In this document: positions 8,732 through 17,956 of the stretch, piece by piece
Position numbering within the stretch: the first letter of the stretch is position 1
How the letters are laid out: each line of letters begins with the position of its first letter
Origin: a virus
Lineage: Duplodnaviria > Heunggongvirae > Uroviricota > Caudoviricetes
Virus record (IMG/VR): IMGVR_UViG_3300042400_000593
Reading direction: 5' to 3' (one strand)
DNA length: 64,000 nucleotides
Made by a program: the position numbers and the translations under genes
Notes under the pieces: generated by a model
Database searches by the model: none
What the model saw: only the letters and a program-made list of their open reading frames with translations
Told to the model about the DNA's origin: nothing

Positions 8732-10301
8732 AATTATTATTTTTCATATTTTCCCATTCGGTTTTTGATAAATCAACAACTTCTAATAATTTAGATAATT
8801 TATGTTTTTGAAATTTAATTCTACTCATTATGCGAGACGGATCACTATTTAAAAAATACCAGTAATTTGGATCAGTATCGTGTATAAATTCAAAACCAAG
8901 TTGTGTATATAAATTACCAGTTGACCATCTTCTATCTGCATATGATACAATACTACTCGGATTATGTAATTTTATAAAATGTTTAATTAATTTACTACCT
9001 GCACCAACTACTGTAGTATTCAATTTATTACAAAAGCGAATCAATTCCCACTGTGCAGCACTTGTATATCTAGCTTTTGCAAATGTAGCTAACGATACTA
9101 ATTCACCATCAAACATTGCGCCAATATTTACACTTGACGAGCAATCACCTTGAATATGATTTTCATTTAAGAAGTTACGTTTATCTGTAGTTGATACGTC
9201 TATTATACTACAGTTTCGTGCAAAAATCTTGGTTGATTTATTCAATTTATGCAATAATTTTGATTTTATAATATCAGTTTGCGTGTTCCATTCATAATCC
9301 CATATTTGTATAAGTTGAATATTTTGCTGTTCACATGCAACAGTCTTTGATACATGGTATTGTTTAGATTTTCCGTGAAGTTCGCTATGCCAAAAACTTC
9401 CATTAAACTCAATTGCAAGATTAAAATCCGGTAAAAAAATGTCAAGCTCACGTGGTGCAATGATTGTTCTATCATTTCTAATTATGTTTTGAGTGTAATT
9501 AGATAAAAAGTCAACTAAATTAGTTTCTCCGGCCGAAACATTAAATCGTTGTATATCAATACCAGCTGCAACCAATCTTTTAAGTATCGGCGTTGGAGAA
9601 CACCCTAGTTCTTCTGCAATTTGACTACATGGTTTCTTTAATGTTACATGCTGTTCTATAAGAAACTCAAGATTGTGCAATTTATCAATATTCTCATTAG
9701 TTAAATGAATATGTTTATTTGACGAAACACCAAACTTTTCAATACAAGTATTGTGACGTTTATCAATTACGTCATCCCAATTTCTATTAAGAGATGACTG
9801 ACTAATTTTTAACTTAATCATATCATTTTTAGCTGCATTATCCACACCGTACTTTTCTAAATTTCGTTGTTTGATTTTTTCTTTAATTTCTAAAGATTTA
9901 AATACGTTATCAACACCGTACTTTTCCATTGTAGCAGCATTTCGAGTTTCTCTAATAGTTTCATTGTGCATAGGATGACCGCCATACTTAGCTTGATTAG
10001 TTTGAGATTTTTTTAATAATATTGCAGGATCAGTGCCCATGCATTTAGCAGAGCACCATTCCGAATATGATTTTAAACTTTTAACAAACTTAGTAGATAG
10101 CTTTCCGCACCGGGTACAGGTTGGTACGTCAATCGTGTCATTAATAACGTGCCACAATCGTTGATGCGGAGTAGCAGTTTCGCTTAGAAAACTTGTAATG
10201 TCAATAAACTCAATAACATGTTCATCTAATATTGTACGTTTAGCAAATAATTCATTAGCAGTTGATTGCAATTGTATAGAATTATTCAACAGCTTTGTCA
10301 T
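8676..10301 (-). CDS. multidomain protein: N-terminal Cys cluster, three 22-aa K-Y-G-V-D-N repeats, Vsr/DUF559-like endonuclease core, C-terminal GNAT-like region
   Basis: ELDIFLPDFNLAIEFNGSFWHSELHG resembles the Vsr / EDxHD nuclease core (..AIE.DG.FWH..); C-terminal TTVVGAGSKL...LYTQLGFEF is GNAT-like; repeats KYGGHP../KYGVDNVF../KYGVDNAA../KFGVSS.. Confidence 0.4.
   Translation of the reverse strand: MTKLLNNSIQLQSTANELFAKRTILDEHVIEFIDITSFLSETATPHQRLWHVINDTIDVPTCTRCGKLSTKFVKSLKSYSEWCSAKCMGTDPAILLKKSQTNQAKYGGHPMHNETIRETRNAATMEKYGVDNVFKSLEIKEKIKQRNLEKYGVDNAAKNDMIKLKISQSSLNRNWDDVIDKRHNTCIEKFGVSSNKHIHLTNENIDKLHNLEFLIEQHVTLKKPCSQIAEELGCSPTPILKRLVAAGIDIQRFNVSAGETNLVDFLSNYTQNIIRNDRTIIAPRELDIFLPDFNLAIEFNGSFWHSELHGKSKQYHVSKTVACEQQNIQLIQIWDYEWNTQTDIIKSKLLHKLNKSTKIFARNCSIIDVSTTDKRNFLNENHIQGDCSSSVNIGAMFDGELVSLATFAKARYTSAAQWELIRFCNKLNTTVVGAGSKLIKHFIKLHNPSSIVSYADRRWSTGNLYTQLGFEFIHDTDPNYWYFLNSDPSRIMSRIKFQKHKLSKLLEVVDLSKTEWENMKNNNYDRIWDCGNKTYIWKKHE
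9701..9989 (-). repeat. in-frame 22-aa K-[YF]-G-V-x-N repeats (3-4 copies) inside the 541-aa gene
   Basis: KYGGHPMHNETIRETRNAATME / KYGVDNVFKSLEIKEKIKQRNLE / KYGVDNAAKNDMIKLKISQSSL / KFGVSSNKHIHL. Confidence 0.5.
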
Positions 10302-10683
10302 CTTCTTCCTGTTCTGTGGTTAAGGTTGCAAGTAGTGTAGTAACTTCTTGCAATTTAGTTTCTAAAAGTGTAATTTTTGTAGACATACCTGTAATTTGAT
10401 AACTTGTATTAACATAGTTAGCTACATAAGAATTATAGTTATAATTAGTATGTGGATCTCTATTATATCCTTCGAGAGTAGATAACCTCGATTCAAGTCC
10501 TTGCACACGTTGTTTCATGTATTCATAATCAACATAAAACTGTTCAAACGGACCAGGTGGAGTCCATACAGGAGCATCTAACTGTGCTAACATTGTTACT
10601 TTATCAAGAGATGATTTAACACTCTCGTTGTTGTTAACATAAACAATGTCTAATAATTTTAATGCTTTTCTAATATCTATCAT
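10282..10683 (-). CDS. hypothetical coiled-coil protein (133 aa)
   Basis: ORF track. Confidence 0.4.
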   Translation of the reverse strand: MIDIRKALKLLDIVYVNNNESVKSSLDKVTMLAQLDAPVWTPPGPFEQFYVDYEYMKQRVQGLESRLSTLEGYNRDPHTNYNYNSYVANYVNTSYQITGMSTKITLLETKLQEVTTLLATLTTEQEEDDKAVE

Positions 10684-11420
10684 TATTTTGTTTGTGCTGG
10701 TAATGTATAAGTATATTCTGCAATTCCGCTATCAACAACAATTTGTAATGCACCTTGATCTGCAATACGCATAGTGATGGTTCCGTCTAAATTTAAAATA
10801 CTTAATATTTGTGCTACCGGCCATGACCAAGTATTTTTTAATTTATAATCAATACCGGTATAAAATACAAAAGTACCAGCATGTGTGCTTGCATCACCAA
10901 AACTAAACACTAAATTATTATCTTCAGTCGAAACTTGGAATACTGTTTCTTCTGTGTGTGCAGCAGCTTGGAATTTTAATCGTTGCACATTAGCTGCTTC
11001 TGGTTTAAATTCGATATCGTAAACAATTTCTACTTTGTTTTTAGGTTTTTTTACTTTTGCTTCGATAATTGCGCGAGCCATAAATCTATAATCATTTTGA
11101 AAATCGCCAGCAGCATTAGTAAAGTGTAAACCTGTAGGCACATATTCTCCATCTCGGGTGTCGTATACAATATTAATAACTGCATCATTTTTATATTCTG
11201 GACATTTAAGATGTAAATCTAATTTGTTTAAATTAGGCATGCCAAATACACTTGATAAACCGTTAACTGGTGCAAATGTTTTTGCATTAAGAATTACTGA
11301 TCTATCTTCAGCCATTGAATCAACTTCAACGTAATTGTCATGTTCTGCTGCAACCTTAACTAATGGTAAAACGCCTAATGTGTGTGTATGTGCTACTAAA
11401 TCTTGTAAAAAGTCTTTCAT
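10683..11420 (-). CDS. putative sliding clamp (gp45-like processivity factor)
   Basis: 245 aa, acidic, immediately downstream of the DNA polymerase gene and with its own sigma70-like promoter; assigned by size and position, not by motif. Confidence 0.35.
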   Translation of the reverse strand: MKDFLQDLVAHTHTLGVLPLVKVAAEHDNYVEVDSMAEDRSVILNAKTFAPVNGLSSVFGMPNLNKLDLHLKCPEYKNDAVINIVYDTRDGEYVPTGLHFTNAAGDFQNDYRFMARAIIEAKVKKPKNKVEIVYDIEFKPEAANVQRLKFQAAAHTEETVFQVSTEDNNLVFSFGDASTHAGTFVFYTGIDYKLKNTWSWPVAQILSILNLDGTITMRIADQGALQIVVDSGIAEYTYTLPAQTK

Positions 11421-11440
11421 GTGTAATCTCCTAGTAATAT

Positions 11441-11469
11441 ATTATAATGTATTTGTAGTGGGTTGTCAA
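11441..11469 (-). promoter_or_regulatory. sigma70-consensus promoter upstream of the clamp gene
   Basis: Minus strand reads TTGACA-N17-TATAAT followed by AGGAG and ATG at 11420. Confidence 0.5.
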
Positions 11470-11476
11470 TTTTATT

Positions 11477-14137
11477 TTAATCAAAATCAAATAAATTGTT
11501 AAATGTGTTTTTGTCAGATGTGTTAACTAGTTTCCAGTTAAGAATTCCGATTAAGTTATCTAACTTGTTATCAATAATTGTTTGTTCCATTTCATTATGA
11601 TCAAACGGTAAGTCTTTAAACCATTGCGGTAATCGTAGTTCGTCTACTGGATATGCAACACTTGTAAACCCCAACGGATTTGGTTTAAGTTTACATACAA
11701 TTACTTTTGCACCGTCTGTAATAGACATCGAATATTTGTCACTGTACATACGTTTTAAAGTATTCCAGTTTATACTTGCTCTTACATGCCCGGGCATATT
11801 AGTTTTACCTTGTTTATCTTCTTTTGTAGCATATGAAGTAATACTGTTAGCACGTTTAGGTGAACCTTTTTCCCACCCAGGTCTAGCTTTAAATAGTAAC
11901 CTAAATTCTGTAATGTAATCTAATACAGTATCTTCACTTTCGCCTGCTAGAACCATTTGTAACACTTGTGATAAAAAATCTTGAATAAATTCCGGTGTAT
12001 CACTACGTTTTAAATCTAATCCCATAGCTTTAATTTCACCATTTTTACCATTAGTGTCTTTACGTTTACCTTCTTTATCGTATACTAATACTGCATAACG
12101 CTTTTTAGTAATAAACAACGATTTACTTCCGACGATCTCACGTCCGGCTTTAATAACTTCGCCACGCGATTTAGGACAATGGAATGCATCTAACATAAAC
12201 TGCTGGAATGTGCTATTAACTTGATCACTAATTTGATCATATAACTGAACAATAGTATCTTTAGACCATGGTAAACTACCATTATCGATATCACGTTTGA
12301 GTGTATTGTATGCACTAAAGTAACAGGAGTCAGTATCACCGTAAATAATAGCTTTACCTGTGTGATTATAATCACCGGTAATGATTTCATTTACTTTTGC
12401 AGCCATATGTTTAGCAATTTGGCGACCTACTAGCGTAGTAGATTGTCCAATGCGCTTATCAAAGAACCTACAACCTGGATTAAGAATAGCACCGTATAAA
12501 CTATTTAGGTTAATCTTCTTAACTAACTGTCTTTTATCCCAGTATTCTTCTTCAATTTTATTACCTGCGTTAATAGCTTCTTTTAGTTTTTTCTGCATAT
12601 CTTTACGTTCTGCATACCATCGTTTAAGTAAACCAGGAATAACTCCTTCTACTTCAACGGAAAAGATAGTACCATTAGCAGATAACACCCATGGTTGATT
12701 GCTTTCAAACACTAACCTGTATACTTCGGCAGCACTTAGTACATCTGTATCACCATTTTCCCAGTCAACTACTATATCAGTACCTATTTCTTCATTCATA
12801 ACAGCAGTATATTCAAGAGTACCAAATAATCCTTCCCATGCAGCGGCAAATGATTTACCTTTTGCTAGTTGCATAGAAATAAATTCATCAGTTGCAACAG
12901 GTCTTAACTGACCTACAATAGTCTCCGGACCCATATTTAATGCTCTAATAGCACTAGGATACAGAGAGTTGATATCTAGTGATCCGACCCAGTCATGAAT
13001 TCCTTCTTTTGGATATGCAACATACGCACCTGCAGCTTGAATAGGATCTTCTCTACGTCTATTAGGTACAACAAATCCTCTGTTATGTGCTTCGTTAATA
13101 ATAGCTTGTTCTGTTACAGCAACAGCACCCATAGTAGTTTGTAGTAATACTGTATTTTCATGTGCAAGTGTGTTAGCTAAGTCAATAAATTTTAGTTTTT
13201 TGTCTAAACTATCTAATAGCATGGTATCTTGTCTATTATATTCAATAAATGTTTTAAAGTCATTGTTATATAATTGATCAAGGGTGCCTTCGTATTGTGT
13301 TTTACGGTCGCCTAGTTCATATTCTGCAATAGCATCGAGTCTAAAACTATGTCTTTCTTCATATGTGTACTTTTGATATAGCTGTAAGCTATCTAAATGT
13401 ACACGTCCTACAAAGTCATATGTTACTGATGCTTTACCGTATTTTTCATATTCACGTCTTTTTGGTAATTGATCGAATAAGCAGAACCTACGTGTATCAT
13501 CTTTTGATAATACTTTAGTAACACGATTAACTGTATATGGTATATCAAATCCTTCACTATTCCAACCACTTAAAATGTCAGCATCTTCTATTAAATTAAG
13601 AAATGTGTCTAATAATTCAGCTTCAGTTTTAAATAAAAACGTATTAGGAAACTCTTTTACTTGTTCTTCTGCTTGCTCCATAGTTAATGTCTTTGGAGGA
13701 ATAGCTAAACAGATAAGTGTTTCTAACCATTGTAAGTGTACAGCAATCGCAGTAATGGGCATAAACGCATCATCGGGCGATGCATAACCACGTTCTGGAT
13801 CAAAGTCGACCTCGATATCAAAAAACGCAACGTTTAGTTTAGGCGCGTCGTGGTTAAGATAGTGTTCTGATAAACATGCAAATATTGGATTAATATCTGC
13901 TTCAAATGTTTTACTTGTGCTATGTATAGAAAGTTCTTTTCTATACTCTTTTGTATTTCTACAAACAATTTTTGATACGGGGTCTCTGTAGATTGATTGA
14001 TATTTCCCTTTCGAGTCTTTATAATATAATGTGTGCTTTACGGGAATGTCTTTAAACTCCCGTTCGCCTTTTGAGTTTCTTTCTACAATCTTAATAACAT
14101 CGTTATTGCGATCAAAGTATCCATCTATATAACTCAT
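11477..14137 (-). CDS. family B DNA polymerase (T4 gp43-like) with 3'-5' exonuclease domain
   Basis: Exo I FFDIEVDFDPE; motif A LDINSLYPSAI; motif C IYGDTDSCYFS; 886 aa. Confidence 0.95.
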   Translation of the reverse strand: MSYIDGYFDRNNDVIKIVERNSKGEREFKDIPVKHTLYYKDSKGKYQSIYRDPVSKIVCRNTKEYRKELSIHSTSKTFEADINPIFACLSEHYLNHDAPKLNVAFFDIEVDFDPERGYASPDDAFMPITAIAVHLQWLETLICLAIPPKTLTMEQAEEQVKEFPNTFLFKTEAELLDTFLNLIEDADILSGWNSEGFDIPYTVNRVTKVLSKDDTRRFCLFDQLPKRREYEKYGKASVTYDFVGRVHLDSLQLYQKYTYEERHSFRLDAIAEYELGDRKTQYEGTLDQLYNNDFKTFIEYNRQDTMLLDSLDKKLKFIDLANTLAHENTVLLQTTMGAVAVTEQAIINEAHNRGFVVPNRRREDPIQAAGAYVAYPKEGIHDWVGSLDINSLYPSAIRALNMGPETIVGQLRPVATDEFISMQLAKGKSFAAAWEGLFGTLEYTAVMNEEIGTDIVVDWENGDTDVLSAAEVYRLVFESNQPWVLSANGTIFSVEVEGVIPGLLKRWYAERKDMQKKLKEAINAGNKIEEEYWDKRQLVKKINLNSLYGAILNPGCRFFDKRIGQSTTLVGRQIAKHMAAKVNEIITGDYNHTGKAIIYGDTDSCYFSAYNTLKRDIDNGSLPWSKDTIVQLYDQISDQVNSTFQQFMLDAFHCPKSRGEVIKAGREIVGSKSLFITKKRYAVLVYDKEGKRKDTNGKNGEIKAMGLDLKRSDTPEFIQDFLSQVLQMVLAGESEDTVLDYITEFRLLFKARPGWEKGSPKRANSITSYATKEDKQGKTNMPGHVRASINWNTLKRMYSDKYSMSITDGAKVIVCKLKPNPLGFTSVAYPVDELRLPQWFKDLPFDHNEMEQTIIDNKLDNLIGILNWKLVNTSDKNTFNNLFDFD

Positions 14138-14352
14138 CCTGCACTACCTTCACGACCAATGTCGCGATTAGTTGCATGATCGTTAATCCATGACATAAAT
14201 GCTTCTTCGTTACGTACTTTTGCAACAGCTTCATGACTGTGTACAATAATACTGCATTCGCATCTTGATAAGCATATCTCCGGACGAATACATTCCGTAC
14301 AGATTTTAAATTCTTCCATATTGTATCTCAGTTTATGTGACTTGTGGCTCAC
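14134..14352 (-). CDS. hypothetical Cys-rich small protein (72 aa)
   Basis: CTECIRPEICLSRCEC cysteine cluster; overlaps the polymerase start by 4 nt. Confidence 0.35.
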   Translation of the reverse strand: MSHKSHKLRYNMEEFKICTECIRPEICLSRCECSIIVHSHEAVAKVRNEEAFMSWINDHATNRDIGREGSAG

Positions 14353-14405
14353 AAATACCCTTTTGCAGTTTATGGCCTGCCTACCGTTCTCAATGTTACT
14401 ACTTT

Positions 14406-14660
14406 TTAAATACGTTTTGTAATGTCTAAGATTGCTTCAACTTCTTCCCAATCTTCATTATGATCTGCCCAATTACCTTTATGTGCTATCTTAATAGCTT
14501 TATTAATAACTGCAGGTTTGACTTGTAGTTCTTCTGCTACTGCTTTTACAGTATCTTTTAAACCAGCTTGTAAGTCTTCAACTTCACGTAAAACTAAAGA
14601 ACCTTCGTTGATTAGTTTTTCAAGTTTAGCTTTTTCTTCTGGACCGTATGCTCTACTCAT
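14406..14660 (-). CDS. hypothetical protein (84 aa)
   Basis: ORF track; preceded by a sigma70-like promoter and RBS AAGGAG. Confidence 0.45.
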   Translation of the reverse strand: MSRAYGPEEKAKLEKLINEGSLVLREVEDLQAGLKDTVKAVAEELQVKPAVINKAIKIAHKGNWADHNEDWEEVEAILDITKRI

Positions 14661-14693
14661 TAGTACTTCTCCTTTGTTTAATTTATGTATATA

Positions 14694-14721
14694 TTATATA
14701 TTCGTTTGTTCAGTGTGTCAA
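14694..14721 (-). promoter_or_regulatory. sigma70-consensus promoter (TTGACA-N16-TATAAT) upstream of the 84-aa gene
   Basis: Minus strand ..cagTTGACAcactgaacaaacgaataTATAATat..; located just after the terminator hairpin at 14743-14770. Confidence 0.5.
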
Positions 14722-14742
14722 CTGGCTTGGTAAAATGAAGGT

Positions 14743-14770
14743 AAAAAAAGGCAGACTAGCTGCCTTTTTT
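14743..14770 (-). terminator. rho-independent (bidirectional-type) terminator after the 857-aa gene
   Basis: aaaaaaaGGCAGactagCTGCCtttttt: 5-bp GC stem, 5-nt loop, A-run and T-run on either side. Confidence 0.6.
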
Positions 14771-14781
14771 AATTGTAACGA

Positions 14782-17355
14782 TTATTGTACGCCGTTTAAT
14801 CTTGTAGACATATCAGCTACTGCTTTCTGTGCTTCAGGATTTGAACTTTTACCTACATCTGCCATTAATGTTCTAAGTTGAGCCATTAATGCTGCCATTT
14901 CTGCATCAGAAGGATCTGCTGCCGGAGTTACAGGTGGAGTTGGAGGTGTTGGAGGAGTTACTGGAGTAGTACCGCCGCCATCGTGATGTGGTTTATGAAT
15001 ATGTGGTTCAGGATTATGTATTGGATCTGGTTTAGGACCTTGTCCACTATGATATGCGTCCCATGCAGCCATACCGCCTGCACCTGCTGCTGCGCCACCT
15101 AAGAAGCTAGCAGTTTTTGGGTTTTTGTTAACAATATCGCCTGCACCGTGTGCAATTTTATCTGCTCTAGTCAATGCTGTCGGACCTGCAGAACTTGCTC
15201 TAGACAAAGCTGGCTCACCTTTAGCACCACGTACTAAGTTTTTACCTGCGTTCCAAGCACCTTTTCCAATTTTTGCTAATGCATCACCAATGCCTTCGTT
15301 AGCTAATTCGTCCATAAATGCAGGATCTAATCCACTTTCAATTAATGATAATCTTGCACCTAATGCTCTAATAGATTCAGCTACAGGTTGCGGAGCTGCA
15401 TTAGTACCTGGGAATTTAGGATCTGGTTGGAATTTAGGGAACACTCTGTCATATGCCGCTTGTGTTGCTGGACCGTAAATACCGTCGACTTTAAGATGTT
15501 CACCGTTAGCATTTAACAATTCTTGCCATTTCATAATTTCAGGATTACCTTGTTTATGTACTGGACCGTGCGGATGTGGTTTAGGATGTGGTTTTGGTCC
15601 AGGTGGTGGCATTGGGCCTTGTCCGTTATCACCTGCTAATGCACTATACCCAGCCATGCCTGCAGCTAATCCTGCAATAGCAGCATTTCTTTTACCACCT
15701 TTCTCTGCAGCTTTTTCACCTTTGCCTGCAAAATTATAGTTTTTACTTTTGCCAAGTGCATTTACGTCCATACCGCCTTGTGCGTAAGTTGCATCATTAG
15801 CTGCGCCTCTTGCACCATATGATGCGTCATTTGCTGCTGTTCTTTCTAATCCGCCTGCTGCGGCACCTGCGTCATTAGCTGCTGCTTTTCCTGCATCTGC
15901 TGCAGCATTGCTGCCCCATGCTGGGCCTGCAGCTGGTTTACCTAAATGACTTACATCACCGGCACCTTGTGAAGTTGCACCTTTAAGTGCGCCCCAACCC
16001 ATAGACGCGTCATTAGCTGCTGCTTTTCCTAACGCGCTTGCATCATTAGCTGCTACTTTGCTAAGTATTTTGCTACCTACTGTACCCCAGTCTTCGGCTA
16101 CTTGTGGATTGTTAATACGTTCCAATGTATCACGCATAGCTGCAATTGATTCAGCTACTGTTAATTGTTTCATTTCTGTACCTTCTTTAATGCCAAATTT
16201 TGCTTGTGCTGCTTTAGTTTTAGGCCCCATAATTCCGTCAACGCCGTCGTGGTTAGGACCGCTTGTACCTAAGTCAGCACCTTTAGCTTTTAATTGTTGT
16301 TGCAATGCCATGATATGATTAGTACCAGCATTACCTGCAGGATGCGGACCTACTGGAGTTTGTTGGGTACCTAAAGTATGTGCATTAGCTGCATCGACTG
16401 CTTGTCCTGCAATATATCGTTTACCTACTACACCTGCAGCACCTGCAAGACCTTTAGCTGCACCGCCCGGAGTTACAAAACTTCCAGCTAAGTCACCACC
16501 ACCGTATAACCATGGACTTCTTTCTTCGGCTGCTTTATTAGCAGCAAGTTCCCCTGCTAGTTCGTCTTTATATTTGGTTCCTTTAACTAAACTTTTAACC
16601 CCGGCATTAATATTGCTACCAGTACCCCATGTAACACCGTTCCATACACCGCGTCCAAGGTCTCCTGCGTCGCTTGCAAGATCTTCATTTAACTGTTCAT
16701 AACCGAAGCTGTCAAGTAATGCATTAGCCATACCGTATGATTCTTTAAGTCCAGCAGGTGCATTTGCTAGTCCAGCACTTGCATCTTTCATACTAGTTTG
16801 AATGTTGTTTAGTGTATTAGCAATATTTGGAGGAGTAATAGCATTGGCAGCTGCTGCATTTGCACCAGGTGATCCTAAGCTATTAGCTGCTAAGTTTTTA
16901 TCAGCGCGTTTTTTACGTAATTCTAAAATTTTATTAAACAAGTCCATCATTTGTTTAATTTTATCATGTAACGCATCTGCATCACCTGAAATTTGAGAAC
17001 TTTGACTAACTAAGTCCGCGTTTGCTTTTTTAAAGGTGTCTTCGTTGTCAAACCAACCTGCCTGCGGCAATCTAGCGTTTTTAGGCAATAGACCAGCTGC
17101 TGATAATTTTTGCGCAATTTCAAATGGTACTTCATCGTCTACTTCGCCTTCGTTTGAAATATAATTTCCATTTACTGGATCAACTAATCCTTCTAAACCG
17201 TTTTCTTTAGCTAATTGTGCTAATTTTGGTATTCTTACCTTATCATCTTGTTCATACCCTGATGTTACTGCAATGATTGCAGATAGTGTTAACCCTTCAG
17301 CCAACATTCCATTATTAATGTTGTCTAGTTTATTCATTAAATCTCTAAAATTCAT
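14782..17355 (-). CDS. Ala/Gly-rich low-complexity protein with two peptidoglycan-binding (PG_binding_1-like) modules
   Basis: LQQQLKAKGADLG...DGIMGPKTKAAQAKFG and WQELLNANGEHLKVDGIYGPATQAAYDRVF match the PG-binding DG.xGxxT motif; six AANDA(S/G/T) repeats; PKPHPKPHPHGP and TPPTPPTPP tracts; 857 aa. Confidence 0.65.
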   Translation of the reverse strand: MNFRDLMNKLDNINNGMLAEGLTLSAIIAVTSGYEQDDKVRIPKLAQLAKENGLEGLVDPVNGNYISNEGEVDDEVPFEIAQKLSAAGLLPKNARLPQAGWFDNEDTFKKANADLVSQSSQISGDADALHDKIKQMMDLFNKILELRKKRADKNLAANSLGSPGANAAAANAITPPNIANTLNNIQTSMKDASAGLANAPAGLKESYGMANALLDSFGYEQLNEDLASDAGDLGRGVWNGVTWGTGSNINAGVKSLVKGTKYKDELAGELAANKAAEERSPWLYGGGDLAGSFVTPGGAAKGLAGAAGVVGKRYIAGQAVDAANAHTLGTQQTPVGPHPAGNAGTNHIMALQQQLKAKGADLGTSGPNHDGVDGIMGPKTKAAQAKFGIKEGTEMKQLTVAESIAAMRDTLERINNPQVAEDWGTVGSKILSKVAANDASALGKAAANDASMGWGALKGATSQGAGDVSHLGKPAAGPAWGSNAAADAGKAAANDAGAAAGGLERTAANDASYGARGAANDATYAQGGMDVNALGKSKNYNFAGKGEKAAEKGGKRNAAIAGLAAGMAGYSALAGDNGQGPMPPPGPKPHPKPHPHGPVHKQGNPEIMKWQELLNANGEHLKVDGIYGPATQAAYDRVFPKFQPDPKFPGTNAAPQPVAESIRALGARLSLIESGLDPAFMDELANEGIGDALAKIGKGAWNAGKNLVRGAKGEPALSRASSAGPTALTRADKIAHGAGDIVNKNPKTASFLGGAAAGAGGMAAWDAYHSGQGPKPDPIHNPEPHIHKPHHDGGGTTPVTPPTPPTPPVTPAADPSDAEMAALMAQLRTLMADVGKSSNPEAQKAVADMSTRLNGVQ
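15795..16065 (-). repeat. in-frame AANDA(S/G/T) peptide repeats (about 6 copies) inside the 857-aa gene
   Basis: KVAANDASALGKAAANDASMG ... KAAANDAGAAAGG..TAANDASYGARGAANDATYAQ. Confidence 0.6.
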
Positions 17356-17954
17356 TAGTCTTCCTCTGGAGGTCCTATTAGTTGCTGATCGCCAACTATC
17401 TGATCATAATTGTCCATTGTTAGCACCTCACCTGTGGCACTTAACTTAATTAACATGTCTGCTACATTATGCAAATCCATATCGGTTTGAGCATCTTCTC
17501 TAGAATATTCAAATAATCGAATAAGCAACGGAACATCTAATGTAACTACATCTTGAGGATTGTTAAAAGATTCTTGTGGTTCCGTGCCTGGACCGACACC
17601 ACCGGTAAATCCGGGCGAATGGCCAGGTATTGTATTTTCCATTACTTTGTTTGCAATGTATTGTGCATACTGATTAATTTCTGCTTTCTTTGCATAACGT
17701 GCTTGTTCTTGTTCTTCAGATGCTTCAGCCATGTACTGTTTAAGTAACGAAGGTCTTGCTAATGCTGGTTTAGACAGTTCATCTTTAACAGGCGTGGCAT
17801 AATGTTGCATTGCCAGTTGTACAGGTAATGCAACTTTATGAGGATTTGATCCTTCTGTAACAATTGACATGAATTTCTTCATGTCGTCTGTATTTTCTAT
17901 AGGAGCAGATGTCTTAACTGAATCCATTGCCTGTAGAATTGCTTTCATATCCAT
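17355..17954 (-). CDS. hypothetical acidic protein (199 aa)
   Basis: ORF track; start overlaps the upstream stop. Confidence 0.45.
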   Translation of the reverse strand: MDMKAILQAMDSVKTSAPIENTDDMKKFMSIVTEGSNPHKVALPVQLAMQHYATPVKDELSKPALARPSLLKQYMAEASEEQEQARYAKKAEINQYAQYIANKVMENTIPGHSPGFTGGVGPGTEPQESFNNPQDVVTLDVPLLIRLFEYSREDAQTDMDLHNVADMLIKLSATGEVLTMDNYDQIVGDQQLIGPPEED

Positions 17955-17956
17955 AA

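Noticed and set aside
10683-11420. Alternative idea that the 245-aa protein is RegA or a gp62 clamp-loader subunit
   Set aside because: Its size (245 aa) and acidic composition fit a gp45-type clamp better than RegA (122 aa) or gp62 (187 aa). Still only a positional inference, hence the low confidence.
14782-17355. Possibility that the Gly/Ala-rich 857-aa ORF is a non-coding low-complexity artefact
   Set aside because: The reading frame is uninterrupted for 2.6 kb in AT-rich DNA, which is very unlikely by chance. It has two bona fide PG-binding motifs and is followed by a canonical terminator.
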